A stretch of DNA of 64,000 bases from Octopus vulgaris. Its lineage: Eukaryota. Below are positions 13,650 through 26,340 of this stretch, piece after piece (position 1 is the first letter of the stretch; the number at the start of each line of letters is the position of its first letter). Made by a program: the position numbers and the translations under genes. The stretch is taken from the NCBI GenBank assembly GCA_951406725.2, contig OX597828.1:26784001-26848000 (forward strand). The letters run 5' to 3'. The notes under the pieces were generated by a model. The model did no database searches, was not told the origin of the DNA, and worked only from the letters and a program-made list of their open reading frames with translations.

Positions 13650-14032
13650 ATCGTGACGCATATTTGCCATTTGAATATGGCTAACCCCTAAGGGTGGATG
13701 CTACTGTAGTTTGTAGCCCCAGAAAGATATCTCCTCCAGCTGGCTATAGACACACTATCTGTGCCCTATCGGTATTTGTGAAGGGAAGTCATCCTTCCCG
13801 TCTTCAACTTATGATACACACGGGCTCGAATTTCAAGGTGTTTACCTATCGTCAGCGTGTGACAATCATAGTTGTCGATGAGAATTCAGTTTCCCTCACA
13901 AATACATATACTTTTTCCAGTGTCGATTGACACTGATATTGAAAAAGTGAAATCAAACAATGATAAATCTCAGAGCTAGTTATAAACAGTAGCGATAACA
14001 CATCGTGACGTATATTTGCCATTTGAATATGG
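13650..14032 (-). mobile_element. Element H4: 352-bp monomer plus 31-bp terminal direct repeat, containing a hammerhead motif (retrozyme / Penelope pLTR-like)
   Basis: ATCGTGACG(C/T)ATATTTGCCATTTGAATATGG occurs at 13650-13680 and 14002-14032. Internal hairpins are present and the element is flanked by (TA)n and (TG)n. Confidence 0.75.
13817..13861 (-). ncRNA. Type-I hammerhead ribozyme motif
   Basis: CACACG-CUGACGA-uAGGUaaacACCUu-GAAA-UUCGAG-CC-CGUGUG. It has a perfect 6-bp stem I and an intact CUGANGA/GAAA core; stem III is a decayed (A)CUCGAG(U) palindrome. Confidence 0.7.
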
Positions 14033-14419
14033 TGTGTGTGTGTGCATGTCTTTGTATGTGTGCCTCCTCTCACCACTGCTTGACAACTTGTGTTCATGTC
14101 CCTGTAACTTAGTACTTCAATAAATGAGACCTATAGAATAAGTTCCAGCTGTAAAAAAAAAATGTTCTGGCATTGATTCATTGAACTAAAATTCTGCAAG
14201 GTAGTGCCCCAGCATGGCCAGTCTAATGACTGCAACAAGTAAATACTAAAAGACATATATACATCATCATCGGCATTGTTGAGTTTTAACTTCAACTTTT
14301 CTATACTTTCATGTGTCAAATGGAATTGTTTGAGGCAAATTTTCTCTGGCCAGATGCTCTACCTGCCACCAAGTCTCACCTGTTTCCACGTAGGGTAATA
14401 TTTCATCTTGGCTGAAGAT

Positions 14420-15430
14420 GTTTTCACTGAAGACTTGGAGAAGGCATTTGACAGAGTGCCACATGCACCAATTTGGTGGTCACTAAGGAAACTAGGCGTA
14501 GATGTATGGTTTGTGATGACCATACAAACTGCATACAAAGATGCCATAAGTAAAGTGAGAGTCAACAAGGATATCATTGATGAGTCTAGCATGAGGCTAG
14601 GAGTCCATCAAAGTTCAGTTCTCTGTTATTCATCATAGTCTTACGGTTCATCACAGAGAAGGTTAACACTGGTTATTCATGTGAACTCCTTTATGCTGAT
14701 CTAGTTCTTGTAGCTGAATCTGTTGAGCAATTAGAGAGGAAATTCTAGGTTTGGAAGTTAAATCTAATACTGAGAGATCTTAAGCTAAACTTAGGAAAGG
14801 TGAAGGTTTTAGTCGATAGAACAGAAGACGGGACCCTGATATCCTTAGGAAAAAAGGAGTAGATATAAACTTCATATGCTGTGCTGATTGTAAACTATGG
14901 ATACCCAAGAAGTGTTGTAGAATCCCAAGCAGACTAACAGAGGATGTAAGATTCATATAGGATAGATGCTCTGGAGTAGTTTGTACTATGATTACACCAC
15001 AAACAGTTTCTCTTAAATGCTTGGAAAGCCCACTGGAAGTAGCTGATATATTTTAATATTTTACCTATGAGGGGTTTGTTCTGAAAGTATAACCACCAGG
15101 ATAAGAATGGATTGCAGAAAGTTCAGGGAGCTATTACTGTTGCTGGCTACAAAGGTCTTAGAGTGAAGGGAAGATTGTATGATGCTTGTGTTAGAACTGT
15201 GATGCTGCAGGGCAGTGAGACTTCGGGCTCGAATGCAGAAGACTTGAGAAGATTGGAAAGAGATGAATTGAGCATGCTGCATTGGATGTGCAGTGTAAAA
15301 ATTCTTGACTGACACAATATCTTTTGAGAGAAAAACTAGGCCTTAAAGGATTCAGAGGTAATGGGCAAGATTGAAAACTGTGCTGGTACAGACATGTGAT
15401 GCATATGGATGAGGACCGCTGTATTAAAAC
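14420..15430 (+). pseudogene. Decayed reverse transcriptase of an RTE-like non-LTR retrotransposon
   Basis: DLEKAFDRVP...IWWSLRKLGV, GVHQSSVL, LLYAD-LVL (one Asp missing) and KGRLYDACVR..ML.GSET, interrupted by stops and frameshifts. Confidence 0.92.
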
Positions 15431-15454
15431 TGGCACTTCATTGCTTATAATGAA

Positions 15455-15750
15455 GAGTTTCCCAGTTGATCCAATCAACAGAATAGTCTGGTCATGAAAT
15501 CAACATACAAGTGGCTGAGCACTCCACAGACACACAAACCCTTAATGCAGTTCTCAGGGAGATTCAGCATGACACAGAAGCTGACAAGGCTGGCCCCTTT
15601 GTGAATTACAGGTACAACTCATTGCTGCCAGCTGAGTGGACTTGAACAAGAAGTAATGAGTCTTGCTCAAGGACACAACACGTTGCCAGCAGTTGAACTC
15701 ATGACCTTACAATTGTGAGCCGAGTACCCTAATCACTAAGCCACATGCAC
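15455..15750 (-). mobile_element. Diverged tRNA/CORE-type SINE sharing its 3' body with family B
   Basis: The minus strand reads tRNA-like head, then TGTGTCCTTGAGCAAG (CORE-like), then GTCTGTGGAGTGCTCAGCCACTT as in 31398-31785. Confidence 0.7.
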
Positions 15751-16404
15751 CCTCTTGGACAGGTGTATAATGAATTGCTGATTACTTAAGGTAGAAACAC
15801 AGGTTTGTGCTTCTTAAGAATACTTACTCAGAATGGTGAAACAGACTGGAAACATTGTATGTTTGTATACATGTGCCCCCCCCCATCCAATTTCCTCTTC
15901 AAGACACTCCCACCCCCACTCATCATCTCTCTAACTACAACTTTTTCTTGGTAGAGCTAATCTTACTCCCCAATTAGAACCATTTTACATGATATACATC
16001 CTTCAATCTTATACTGTCCTCTCCACCCATATTTTACATTGATCATTCCTACCCCTTCTCTCATCAAATTCTCTCTCCTTCTCCACGACTATACGTCTCT
16101 CACCCTCCAAGCATTCTATGTTTACCTCTCCTCCCACACACATAATCTCTTTTATTCCCATCCTTCTCCTCTCTACAGAATCAATATTACTTTTCTGCTG
16201 CTCATATATCATTGGATTCTCCCACTCCTCATTGATTCATTACATCCACCTCTCAGCACTTAGTCTTCATTCATTATATTCACCACCACCTACTCCCTAT
16301 GTCTCGCTCTCTCCTGTACACACTCCTGCTTCCATTTATCCCACTTCCATTCCCCCCATACCTCCTGTAATTTTATCTCTTCCCTAATCAACCATCATTG
16401 CACC

Positions 16405-16760
16405 TCGTGGCTGTATGGCAGGAAGTTTGGTTCCCAACCTCATGCTTCCATGTTCAGGACATGGGGTATTTGTCTCCTTCTGCACTCTCAGGCCAACCAG
16501 AGTCTTGTGAGTGGATTTGGTAGATTGGAAACTCAAAGAAACCAATCGTGTGTGTGTGTGTGTGTGTCTTTGTCCTCCTATCACTCCTTGACAACTGATG
16601 TTGGTGTGTTTACATTTCCAAAACTTAGCAGTTCAGCAAAGGAGATTGATATAAGTACCAGGCTTAAAACGTAAGTCTTGGGGTTGATCTCTTCGACTTA
16701 CAATTTTTCGAGGTGGTGCCCCAGCATGGCCATAGTCTAATGATTGAAGCCAAAGAGAAA
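16405..16760 (+). mobile_element. Diverged full-length SINE A
   Basis: Colinear head, GTGGATTTGGTAGA, (TG)n and CAGCATGGCC tail. Confidence 0.75.
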
Positions 16761-17511
16761 AGGTATAGCAACTCCTCCTCAACTGCCAGAAACCTGTTCT
16801 GCTGTGGCCCCTTTCTCTTGGCATTAACCCTTTGTCTCCTAGCATAAAGCTGCCCCTCTTGGGGTCTTCAGTGTTGCAGGTTGCATGGTGATCCCACCAG
16901 TGCTGGTAACACAGGAAAAGAAAAAGAAACCATTCAGTGCACACTGTAAAGGGGTTGGTGTTAGGAAGGGCATCCAACCGTAGAAACCATGTGAATGTAG
17001 ACACTGAAGTCCACTGCAATTCTTGGACCCATCAAATCTTAGCAAACCATTCCATATTCTTATGGAATTAGTTCTCTCCAATCAGATCTGTTTTCTGCCA
17101 CACTTCTGGTCTCATTTCAGATTCTCCACTCTTCTTGTCTTCTTTCCTTGTCATTGGTCCTTTGCCAAATAGTTTTAGGGAGCCCTGCTGCTCTTGTGCT
17201 CTTATGGAATACAGTTGTTATACAATCACATACACACATATGTCTATATATGTATATATATATATATATCATCTTGTGCATGTGTTCTTTTCCTCATGTG
17301 ACTGTGTATACTGATATAAAAACATCAACGCATAGACATGAATACAATCCCATACATATACTCTCGCATTCAGTTAAGTTTATTTTCACATACATACATA
17401 AATACATATGTACTTTTTTTTTTTTGTAAATTGCAGAATCGCTTGGTGGATGTGGGAGTTTCTGTTCGTATTACTTGTATGTAAATATGTTATATTATTT
17501 CATGTATATAT

Positions 17512-17542
<31 letters not shown>

Positions 17543-17543
17543 C

Positions 17544-17584
<41 letters not shown>

Positions 17585-18282
17585 GTATGTGTGTGTGTAC
17601 ATGTATGTGTATATATATATATATCTGAATATATTTGTGTATGTGTGTGTGTACATGTATGTGTATATATATATCTGAATATATTTGTGTTTGTGTGTGT
17701 GTATATATATATATGTGTGTATATGTCTCTCTCACTCTTTCTTTCTCTCTCTCTCTCTATATATGTATGTATGTGTGTGTGTGTGTATAAATTGGATATA
17801 TGAGAGTTTATGCAGACAGCTATACAGAACCTGTAAAAATGAACAGCTCTGTTAAGAATGCTTAAAATTTCTCCATATTTTCCATTAGATGTTTATAGCC
17901 ATTATGAATATTTATGAAATTTCTTGCTGCTTTGGTCTAAATAATCGGTACAAGAGGTTGGTAAGATAAGAGAAACCCTTTGGCTAATTATAATCTATAT
18001 CCACAGTTCCTAACTCTCTGTCTGTCTCTTAGTCTGTCTGTATGTCTCTCGGTTTTTCTGTATCTATCTCCCGTTCTACAAGTAAATCTCGTCTACTCAA
18101 CTATTCAATTTTCAGAACGCCAAACATTCTACATTGAGGTAGGAAAATAAAGGAGGGGGGTGGGGTGGCAGGGAGAAAAGAACAGAAGTGAATAATGTAA
18201 AAAATAAATTTTACAAATATTTATATGTATATATGCATATGTATATTCATGTGTGTCTGTGAGTATATATATATGTGTATAT

Positions 18283-18397
18283 GTGTATGTCTATATATAT
18301 ATATATATATATATAAGCTTGTATTTGCATACATATATATATCTATATATATATGTATGCAAATACAAGCTTATATATATATATATCGACATACACA
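18283..18397. repeat. Foldback palindrome centred on (TA)n
   Basis: Arms TATAAGCTTGTATTTGCATACATATA and TATATGTATGCAAATACAAGCTTATA. Confidence 0.85.
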
Positions 18398-18748
18398 CAC
18401 ACATACATGTATATATGTGTATTTGTGTGTGTACATAAGTGTGCATGGGTATTTATGTGTGTGTGTGTGTATGTACGTATGTTTATATTTACGTATGCAT
18501 GCATACATGTGTATGCGTGTGTAATATATACGCACATGTATATGTATGTGTATATGTTTACATGAACATGTATATATATATTCATGGAGAGATTATGTGC
18601 CAAAGAAAACTTGTCCAACCCATGTAAGTGTGATAAACTGGATGGAAAATTATACATACACACACACACACACAGACACGTGCATACATACACACATATA
18701 TAGAAGCACACACACATATTTAGAGGCACACACACCTACACAAGCTGA

Positions 18749-18795
<47 letters not shown>

Positions 18796-19120
18796 GGCCA
18801 GAAAAAAAGTCTAAGATGAATAGAACAGGAAAAAAGCCTCTGTATTTAAATGAATTCAAAATGTGATGTTTAAAATTTTGGAAATCTACTTGCAGAATAT
18901 TTATGAATGCATTTTCAACATATATATGTATAGTGAGGCCCGGCTGTGGTGTTGTGGTTCAGAAGCTTGCATTGCAACCATGAGGTCTTGAGTTCATCCT
19001 ACTGCATGGCAACTTGGGCAAGTCTCTTTTACTATAACCTCAGGCTGATCAAATTCTTGTGAATGGATTTGGTAGATGGAAACTGTGTAGAAGCCTGTTG
19101 GATATATATATATATATATA

Positions 19121-19468
19121 CTGGGCGCCACTGCATTGTGCCAAGGACTCCAAATTTGCCATCAAGATGTAGGACAAGATACTGTGATAGCCTGGGCTTC
19201 AGAGGTCCACAGCTCTTCAATATCCTCCCGAAGGACCTGAGAGACCTGCATGGGGTGGATGCAGATGTTTTTACAATAAAACTGGATCTCTTCTTGTCAG
19301 GTGTCCCACATGAACCAACTTCACGGCAGAAGGAGGGCAGCTGCATCAAACTCTCTCATACACCAAATGTCAGTTGCTAAAAAGCATTCGTGAAGTAAAA
19401 TCATGTAGCAACACCGAATGGCGGTGCCCCAGCATGGCCACAGCTCGTGAGCTGAAACTAGATAAAAT
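19121..19468 (+). mobile_element. 3' fragment of a CR1/L2-like LINE with a tail shared with SINE A
   Basis: Encodes GRHCIVP...SLGFRGPQLFNILPKDLRD...FTIKLDLFLSGVP. It ends GGCGGTGCCCCAGCATGGCCACAGCTCGTGAGCTGAAACTAGATAAAA. Confidence 0.78.
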
Positions 19469-19542
19469 TTTTAAAAAATAATAAAATATATATAAAACAA
19501 GGTGTACGTACGCTGCTATATATATATGTATATATATAAAAA

Positions 19543-19883
19543 TACAAAATGGGACAAGAACGCAAAACATTCAAATAGACGATACAAAAAACACGGACGG
19601 GTCATTTGAAGCCTCTAATCTTCAGTCAAGAACCGGATCATCCTTGCACTTTTGGCTGATTAATCTTGAGATTGCTCCAATCTGGCCAACCCCAAGGAAA
19701 AACTAAGCTACGAGCATTAGATTTCTTGGAAAAAGGATCGAATGTATATGAAACAAGGATAGAAAAATGGAGGCTCTTACACGAATATCCGGTTCTTGAC
19801 TGAAGATTTGAGGCTTCGAATGACTCGTCCGTGTTTTTTGTATCGTCTATTTGAATGTTTTGCGTTCTTGTCCCATTTTGTAT
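19543..19883. repeat. (TA)n-flanked element with ~95-bp inverted arms
   Basis: 19543-19638 is the reverse complement of 19787-19883 with few mismatches. Confidence 0.88.
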
Positions 19884-19918
19884 TATATATATATATATAT
19901 ATATATATAATGTATATA

Positions 19919-20303
19919 GGCGCAGGAGTGGCTGTGTGGTAAGTAGCTTGCTAACCAACTACATGGTTCCGGGTTCAGTCCCACTGCGTGGCATCTTGGG
20001 CAAGTGTCTTCTGCTATAGCCCCAGGCCGACCAATGCCTTGTGAGTGAATTTGGTAGACGGAAACTGAAAGAAGCCTGTCGTATATATGTATATATATAT
20101 GTGTTTGTGTGTCTGTGTTTGTCCCCCTAGCATTGCTTGACAATCGATGCTGGTGTGTTTACGTCCCCGTCACTTAGCGGTTCGGCAAAAGAGACTGATA
20201 GAATAAGTACTGGGCTTATAAAGAATAAGTCCCGAGGTCAATTTGCTCGACTAAAGGCGGTGCTCCAGCATGGCCGCAGTCAAATGACTGAAACAAGTAA
20301 GAG
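19919..20303 (+). mobile_element. Full-length SINE A
   Basis: Near-identical to 7382-7795. Confidence 0.93.
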
Positions 20304-20744
20304 AGAGAGAGTATATATATACCTGAGTGTGTGTCTTTGTGTTTGTGCGCCACCAGAAATTGTCGCTTAGTGATTTGTTTACATTCCTGTGTCTTAATGG
20401 TTTGGCAGAAAGACTTGTGGAATAGGTACCAGGTTTCAAAATAATTCCTGAAGCTAATTTATTTCATTAAATATTTCTAGGCAGTGCTCCAGCATGGTTA
20501 TGATCTACTGACTGAAACAAGTGAAAAATAAAAGAAAAAATAGCTATGATATTGATACATATGTCCTGTTTCAGTCATTGGGCCTTGGCCATGCTGGGGC
20601 TCTGTGTTGTATGAATTTAGTCAAATAGTACTTGTTCTATTGGTCACGTTTGCTAAACTGCTAAGTTATGGGAATCTAAGCAAATCAATACCAGTTGTCA
20701 AGATTTGCTGGTGGTTGTGATGGTGGGGAGAGTGGAGACAAATG

Positions 20745-20781
<37 letters not shown>

Positions 20782-21074
20782 TGGCATTCACATAGTTGCC
20801 AGCCACCCAAGACACAAGGTATTGGCTGGCTCTCTGCTAAAGCATTGTCCAGAGTGTCACATGATGCATCAACTGAATTCTAAAGTGTGTTGTTGCAAAC
20901 CAGCAGAGGTAGGAGCTCTCTGAACTTTGCCCAAGTTATTCTTATTCTAGCAGCTATACCTTCAGAGCATCCACCCCTGCTACTGACTTGGTCCCCTAAG
21001 TAACAGAAGCTATTGACTACTTGTAGTTTTTCTTCCTGGAATGACATATATATATATATATATATATTTGTGTG

Positions 21075-21121
<47 letters not shown>

Positions 21122-22183
21122 TCACCCAGGCACAACTTATAGTAATTGTATCTCTGTACGTTTCAACATTAAGTATTCAGATGAGTCTTTGCACAGCTTT
21201 CCTCTCCCAATTTCCTGAGGCATTGATCAATGAAAGGCTTTTCAAAGCAGACACTTACCCACCCTGAAACTACATTTTTCACAAAGTAAACCTCTTGACC
21301 ACACAGCCAGTTCAGTGCCTGTTCCTACATGTATTTTACGTTTGTATTTATGTTGGGTCACTCTTAGGGCTAGTGGTAACATGTAACCCAGTATTACCTG
21401 TTGCATGGTTTGGCCATCAGTGACTAAAATGTCAGTGTCACAAAGTCTGTTTGGTAGAGAGTGTGACTTTTGTTGGACTCTCTGCAGGATGAAAAGCAAA
21501 ACCTGCTGAAGAATTGATATACTCAATAGATCCAATGGCTATTATGCAGCTGGGTATGAGAGACCCATAGTTTTTGTTTTGACATCTCTCTACAAAAATG
21601 AAAACACCTAGTGTAACAACTTTAACTTTCATTTGCATTCATTAATATATTTATTTTCTGTGGGGTTGGGGAGAGAGTAGGGGACATTTGTTGCTCAAAG
21701 CGTGGGATTTGCCCTGAGCAAAGCCTTTCCTCACTTTAAAATGCTTTGGGCCCAGTCATCACTTGATTTTTATTATGATTGCATATTAGCTGCAAAAGGC
21801 AAAACACTTGATGAAATATTCCATGATGAAATGAATGCAGGTGTCAGCATGAATTGTAAACTTTCTGATCACCTGCTGCAAGAGGTGCCCATCATTGCCA
21901 CATCTATGCAAAAGAGTATAGGTCCCAAACAGGAGGGATAAAAAGCCACATCTGTGCTACTTAAAGAAAACAATCACATGATGACGTTGCTTAAAATCAA
22001 GTTGATGCCATCATGTATGTGTTGGCGTGTGTGTACACACACAGATACACACCTTGTGACATTGGTTCTCTTTCTGGCTGGCAGAAACTGTACAGAACCC
22101 TGTCATGTTTATATGTATGTCCGTGTGTGACGGTTTATATTTTGCACTTAGTTTGAAAAGGCAACTAAGGTAGAAATATTTTC

Positions 22184-22570
22184 ATCATCATCATCATCAT
22201 CATCATCGTTTAACGTCCGTTTTCCATGCTAGCATTGGTTGGACGGTTTTGACTGAGGGCTGGCAACCAGATGGCTGCACTAGGCTCCAGTCTTGATCTG
22301 GCAGAGTTTCTACAGCTGGATGCCCTTCCTAATGCCAACCACTCCGAGAGTGTAGTGGGTGCTTTTTACATGCCACCTGCACGGGGGCCAGTCAGGCGGT
22401 ACTGGCAATGACCTCGCTCAAATCTTTTACACATGCCACTGACACAGGTGCCAGTGAAGTGATGAAGGTAACGATCATGCTCGAATGGTGCCCTTTTACG
22501 TGCCACGGGTATGGAAGCCAGTTGGCTGCTCTGGCAACGATCACAACGATCACACTCGGATGGTGTTCTT
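22184..22570 (-). mobile_element. RTE-like 3' UTR (family C) with several hairpin units
   Basis: (CAT)n tail followed by reverse-complement GTGCCGGTGGCAC-type units. Confidence 0.85.
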
Positions 22571-24289
22571 GATTTTCTTTTTGTTTTTTGTTTTGTTTTG
22601 TTTTGTTTTGTTTTGTTTTGTTTGATATTCCTAATCAACAAGTTATTTGTTAGGTTTCATCCTTTCAAAAATGAGTAGAATGAAAAATTTGCTTATTTGA
22701 AAAAAACAGGTAAGGGTGAGTGATATCAAGAGTATCCCACTCTAAAGCAATGACTTAATAATATATATTCATGTATCTGATTCTTGCTAGGAATAATCTG
22801 ATGGGAAGGAAATTGAATGAACTAACGAACACCTGAACAGAAATATGTATCATCATCATCACCATCATTGCTGTTGTCATCTGCATCATCATCTTTGTTG
22901 TTCAACATGTTTTCCTTGCTGGTATGGGTTGGACGGTTTGACAGGATCTGTTGAGCTGCAGGGCTGTGTCAAATTCCTGCATCCATCCATGGTGTCTGTG
23001 GATGGATGCCCTTCCTAATGCTGACCTTTTTACTGTGGTGCTTTTCTCATGCCACCAGAACTTCTGAGTGTCCCCAAATAAATTGCAAAGTTAGAAAAAG
23101 ACTACAGAAGAGTCCCCACCCCACCCCACCCCTAAGGCCCGACCAAGTGTTTGAGAGGAGGGGCGGTTTTATATTGGGTGTTGAGTGGTTAAAATGTGAT
23201 AGCGACAAGCACAAGTGTCTTGCTATAGAGGAGATCCATGGCTACCCCGTGTTATATAAAGGTGGATGGAAGTAGCCGAGAAGGAAAGGTGGTAGTGAAG
23301 GGATGCCATACAGCTTAAATTTCTGAGTGTGTTTGTGTGCGTGAGTGTGTGTGTGTGTGTGTGTGCATACATGCATGCACATATGTGTGTGTGTGTGTGT
23401 ATATATTTTCAGTCTAGTCGTAGATTACTTATTCTGCTGCTGCTGCTGATTGTATAAATTGGCAAAGGTTTGCAAGCAACTGCAATATAGAATTGTATTT
23501 TTGCCAATATTTTAACATTTGCTGTTTATGTTTGTTTTCAAGTGATGTTGTTGCTCCTGTTGTTGATGTTTGTATAGCAAAGAGTTACTCGTGACCTTCA
23601 CCTTGGAAGAATGTGCTTCTCTCTGCAAAATTTCTGCTACATAAGTGAACATAATCTGTGACCAACAAGTTGGATCACACACAAACACACACACTCACAG
23701 GCACACACACATACACACAGGTACACACACACACACAGATATAAGTGTGTATATGTCTATTCTTACATACATTATCATTATTGTTTTAATATCCACTTTA
23801 AAACACACACACACACACATATACATACATATATATATATATACACATACATACAATGAGCTTCTTTCAGTTTCCATCCTCCAAATCAACTCACATGGCT
23901 TTGGTCAGCTCAAGTCTGTAATAGGAGATATTTCGCTAAGGTGCCATGCAGTGGGGCTGAACCTAAAACCATGTGGTTTGGAAGCAAATTTCCTCCTTCA
24001 GAGCCACACCAGCTCTCTATCTATTTGTCTGTCTGTATCTACTATGTCTGTGTGCTTGTATATATTTCATTTGTAAACTTTCATGGGCAGAATTCTGGGT
24101 CCTTTTCAAACTTTGTCTGTAACTCCTAATTATATTAATTTATTGTCATCGTTTAATGTCCATCTTCCATGATATTATATTACATATTATTTCCCTTTTC
24201 TCCTGTTCTAGGATGTAGTTGGGTGTGTCTATTGAGTAAAATATACCAATAATTGGAAAGGAATTTTCAAAGCTATCAAACATCATTAT

Positions 24290-24503
24290 GTTTTACAGTT
24301 CTATATTTAAGAGATAAGGAATTATGTACATTACTTACATTATTTACATTTGACGGATATTTGTCCTCATCTTGTTTGTTGTTTACACAACGTTTCGGCT
24401 GGCATACCCTCCAGCCTTCATCAGGTGTCTTGGGGAAATTTTGAACCTGGGTTCTCATTCCTAAGGTATTTTTTCGATGTTATTATTATTATTATTCAGG
24501 TCA
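24290..24503 (-). mobile_element. Short element H2 carrying a hammerhead motif
   Basis: Segment around the ribozyme, bounded by (ATT)n. The boundaries are approximate. Confidence 0.55.
24385..24428 (-). ncRNA. Minimal type-I hammerhead ribozyme
   Basis: ACAC-CUGAUGA-A-GGCUGG-aggguaug-CCAGCC-GAAACGU-U-GUGU: intact core, 6-bp stem II, 4-bp stem I and palindromic AACGUU stem III. Confidence 0.8.
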
Positions 24504-25004
24504 TTATGTTTACCTAAGCAGATGAAAAAAACTAAATCTTGGCTTTTATTATAACGCTGGATTATATAACATTTGATCCGGTTAATACAACAACGAGTAT
24601 CCTGTTCGTTTGATAAACTGAATGGTACCACCCCTTTAGCTTGACAAACAGCCTCTGCCAAAAAAGGATGACAGTCTTAAGAAATGTAGCTGAAAATATT
24701 TTCAGAGTGTTCTCCAGCGAAAATACATTCCACAAGCTAGATATTATTGTTGTCATTGACTGTCAACATCTGCTTTTCCACGCTTGCTTGGGTCAGGCAT
24801 AATTCATGGAGGCAGATTTTCTACAGTTTGGTGCTCTTATTACTGACCATCACTTGTTTTCCAAGCAAGGGAATGTTTTTTCCATAACAGGAGGTGTTTG
24901 CATGGAAAATGGAAAATGAATGCCACTGCTTCCTTGATGATGGCACTCTTTTGCCTTTATCTTGCAATGTCAAGTAGGTACAAAGAACATGTTTTAGAAT
25001 GCTA

Positions 25005-25335
25005 ATCATCATCAACATCATTGTTTGACCGTGGTCGAGACAATGGAATTTACTAATGCTACACCAGACTTCACGGTCCATCATAGCATTACAGAGGTCC
25101 TGTTGCTGGATGCCTGTATCCTTGGAGATTACATCAGGGTAGGAGAGTGTGCGCCCTCTGGTATTGCGAGTAGATGGCTTCCGGAGGAGAAGAGTAGAAA
25201 TTGCCTCATTTTCAGCTCTACAACAATGTCCAGCAAACTGGACTCTCCTACCTTTCACAAGAGATGATACAGGTGGTAGTTTCCCATATATTTGTACTTT
25301 GGTTGGATGACGCCCCCACGAGAGATTTTGAGCTC
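25005..25335 (-). mobile_element. 3' fragment of a second RTE-like LINE
   Basis: RRVQFAGHCCRAENE...GRTLSYPDVISKDTG...AMMDREVW followed by an (ATG)n-like tail. Confidence 0.75.
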
Positions 25336-26340
25336 ATGAATGCTAAAGTAAACATAATCCGATGGTAGTGTTCAGATGAATCCAAAACTTAAACTCTGAA
25401 TTCTTTGATTGGCAGGTACTGCTGATGTAGGAAGCCAGCCACAAGAATGGCCCTCCTTGAGTGAGAATGGAGGGAGAAAAGACAAACAATAGTTGGCATA
25501 AAGAATGTATTCAAATGCAAATTTCCATATACTAATAAATGAAGTGATCCAGTCTTATCTTTGCAACTGTTTCAGATAATCAATGACTGGTGCTATAAGC
25601 GTGTAGCAGGAATATTTGGCAGTCCCAAAACACTTAGAAATTGAAACCAAATCACTGTATTCACATTTACTGCATAACAATAAACAGGATACCATCAATG
25701 ATTAATATCAATAACATATTCAAGTCTGAAAAGCACATTAAACTGTCTTTTTTTTTTTTTTTCCATCATCAGTTGGGAGCTGACCACTCCAATACAATAG
25801 ATCAACCAGTTGTTCAATTCATCAAATCCAGGTTGTTGTAAACAAGCAGTTTTCTGGGACAAATAACACATGGGATGGTCATTAGGCTACTTAGGCTTTG
25901 TCATGTTTGTTTCAGATGAATTTATTAGCTATATATATATATATATTTAGGGAGGTTTAGCAACTAGGAAGATTGTAGAAGCACACACTTTGAGCCAGTC
26001 AACTGGGAATGAATAGCAATGATAATGTTGATGCAGCCAAACCACCTAGCTGTTATAATTACATGACAACGGCTGCTGTCATACCTGATGCAGTAATATC
26101 TCCTACAACCTTTGAATGTCTAAATTGGTGTAAACATGTCTTTTGTCATCGATAGTATTGACCATACACAGTTGGTCAATGATAAAAAATAAATATTTTG
26201 TATCTAAAATTTCAAAGGAATTTGTGTTATTTTCAGTGACACCAACTCAAGCAAACTGTCACCGTGGAAACGACCCAAAATTCAGAAATAATCTTATCAT
26301 TGCAACCATGTATTATATTATGCTGTAGGTCCAATAATAT

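Larger units (their letters stand above)
12893..14245 (+). mobile_element. Diverged SINE A split by two nested insertions
   Basis: Head at about 12893-13060 and tail at about 14035-14245. The LINE fragment and element H4 sit in its internal microsatellite. Confidence 0.7.
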
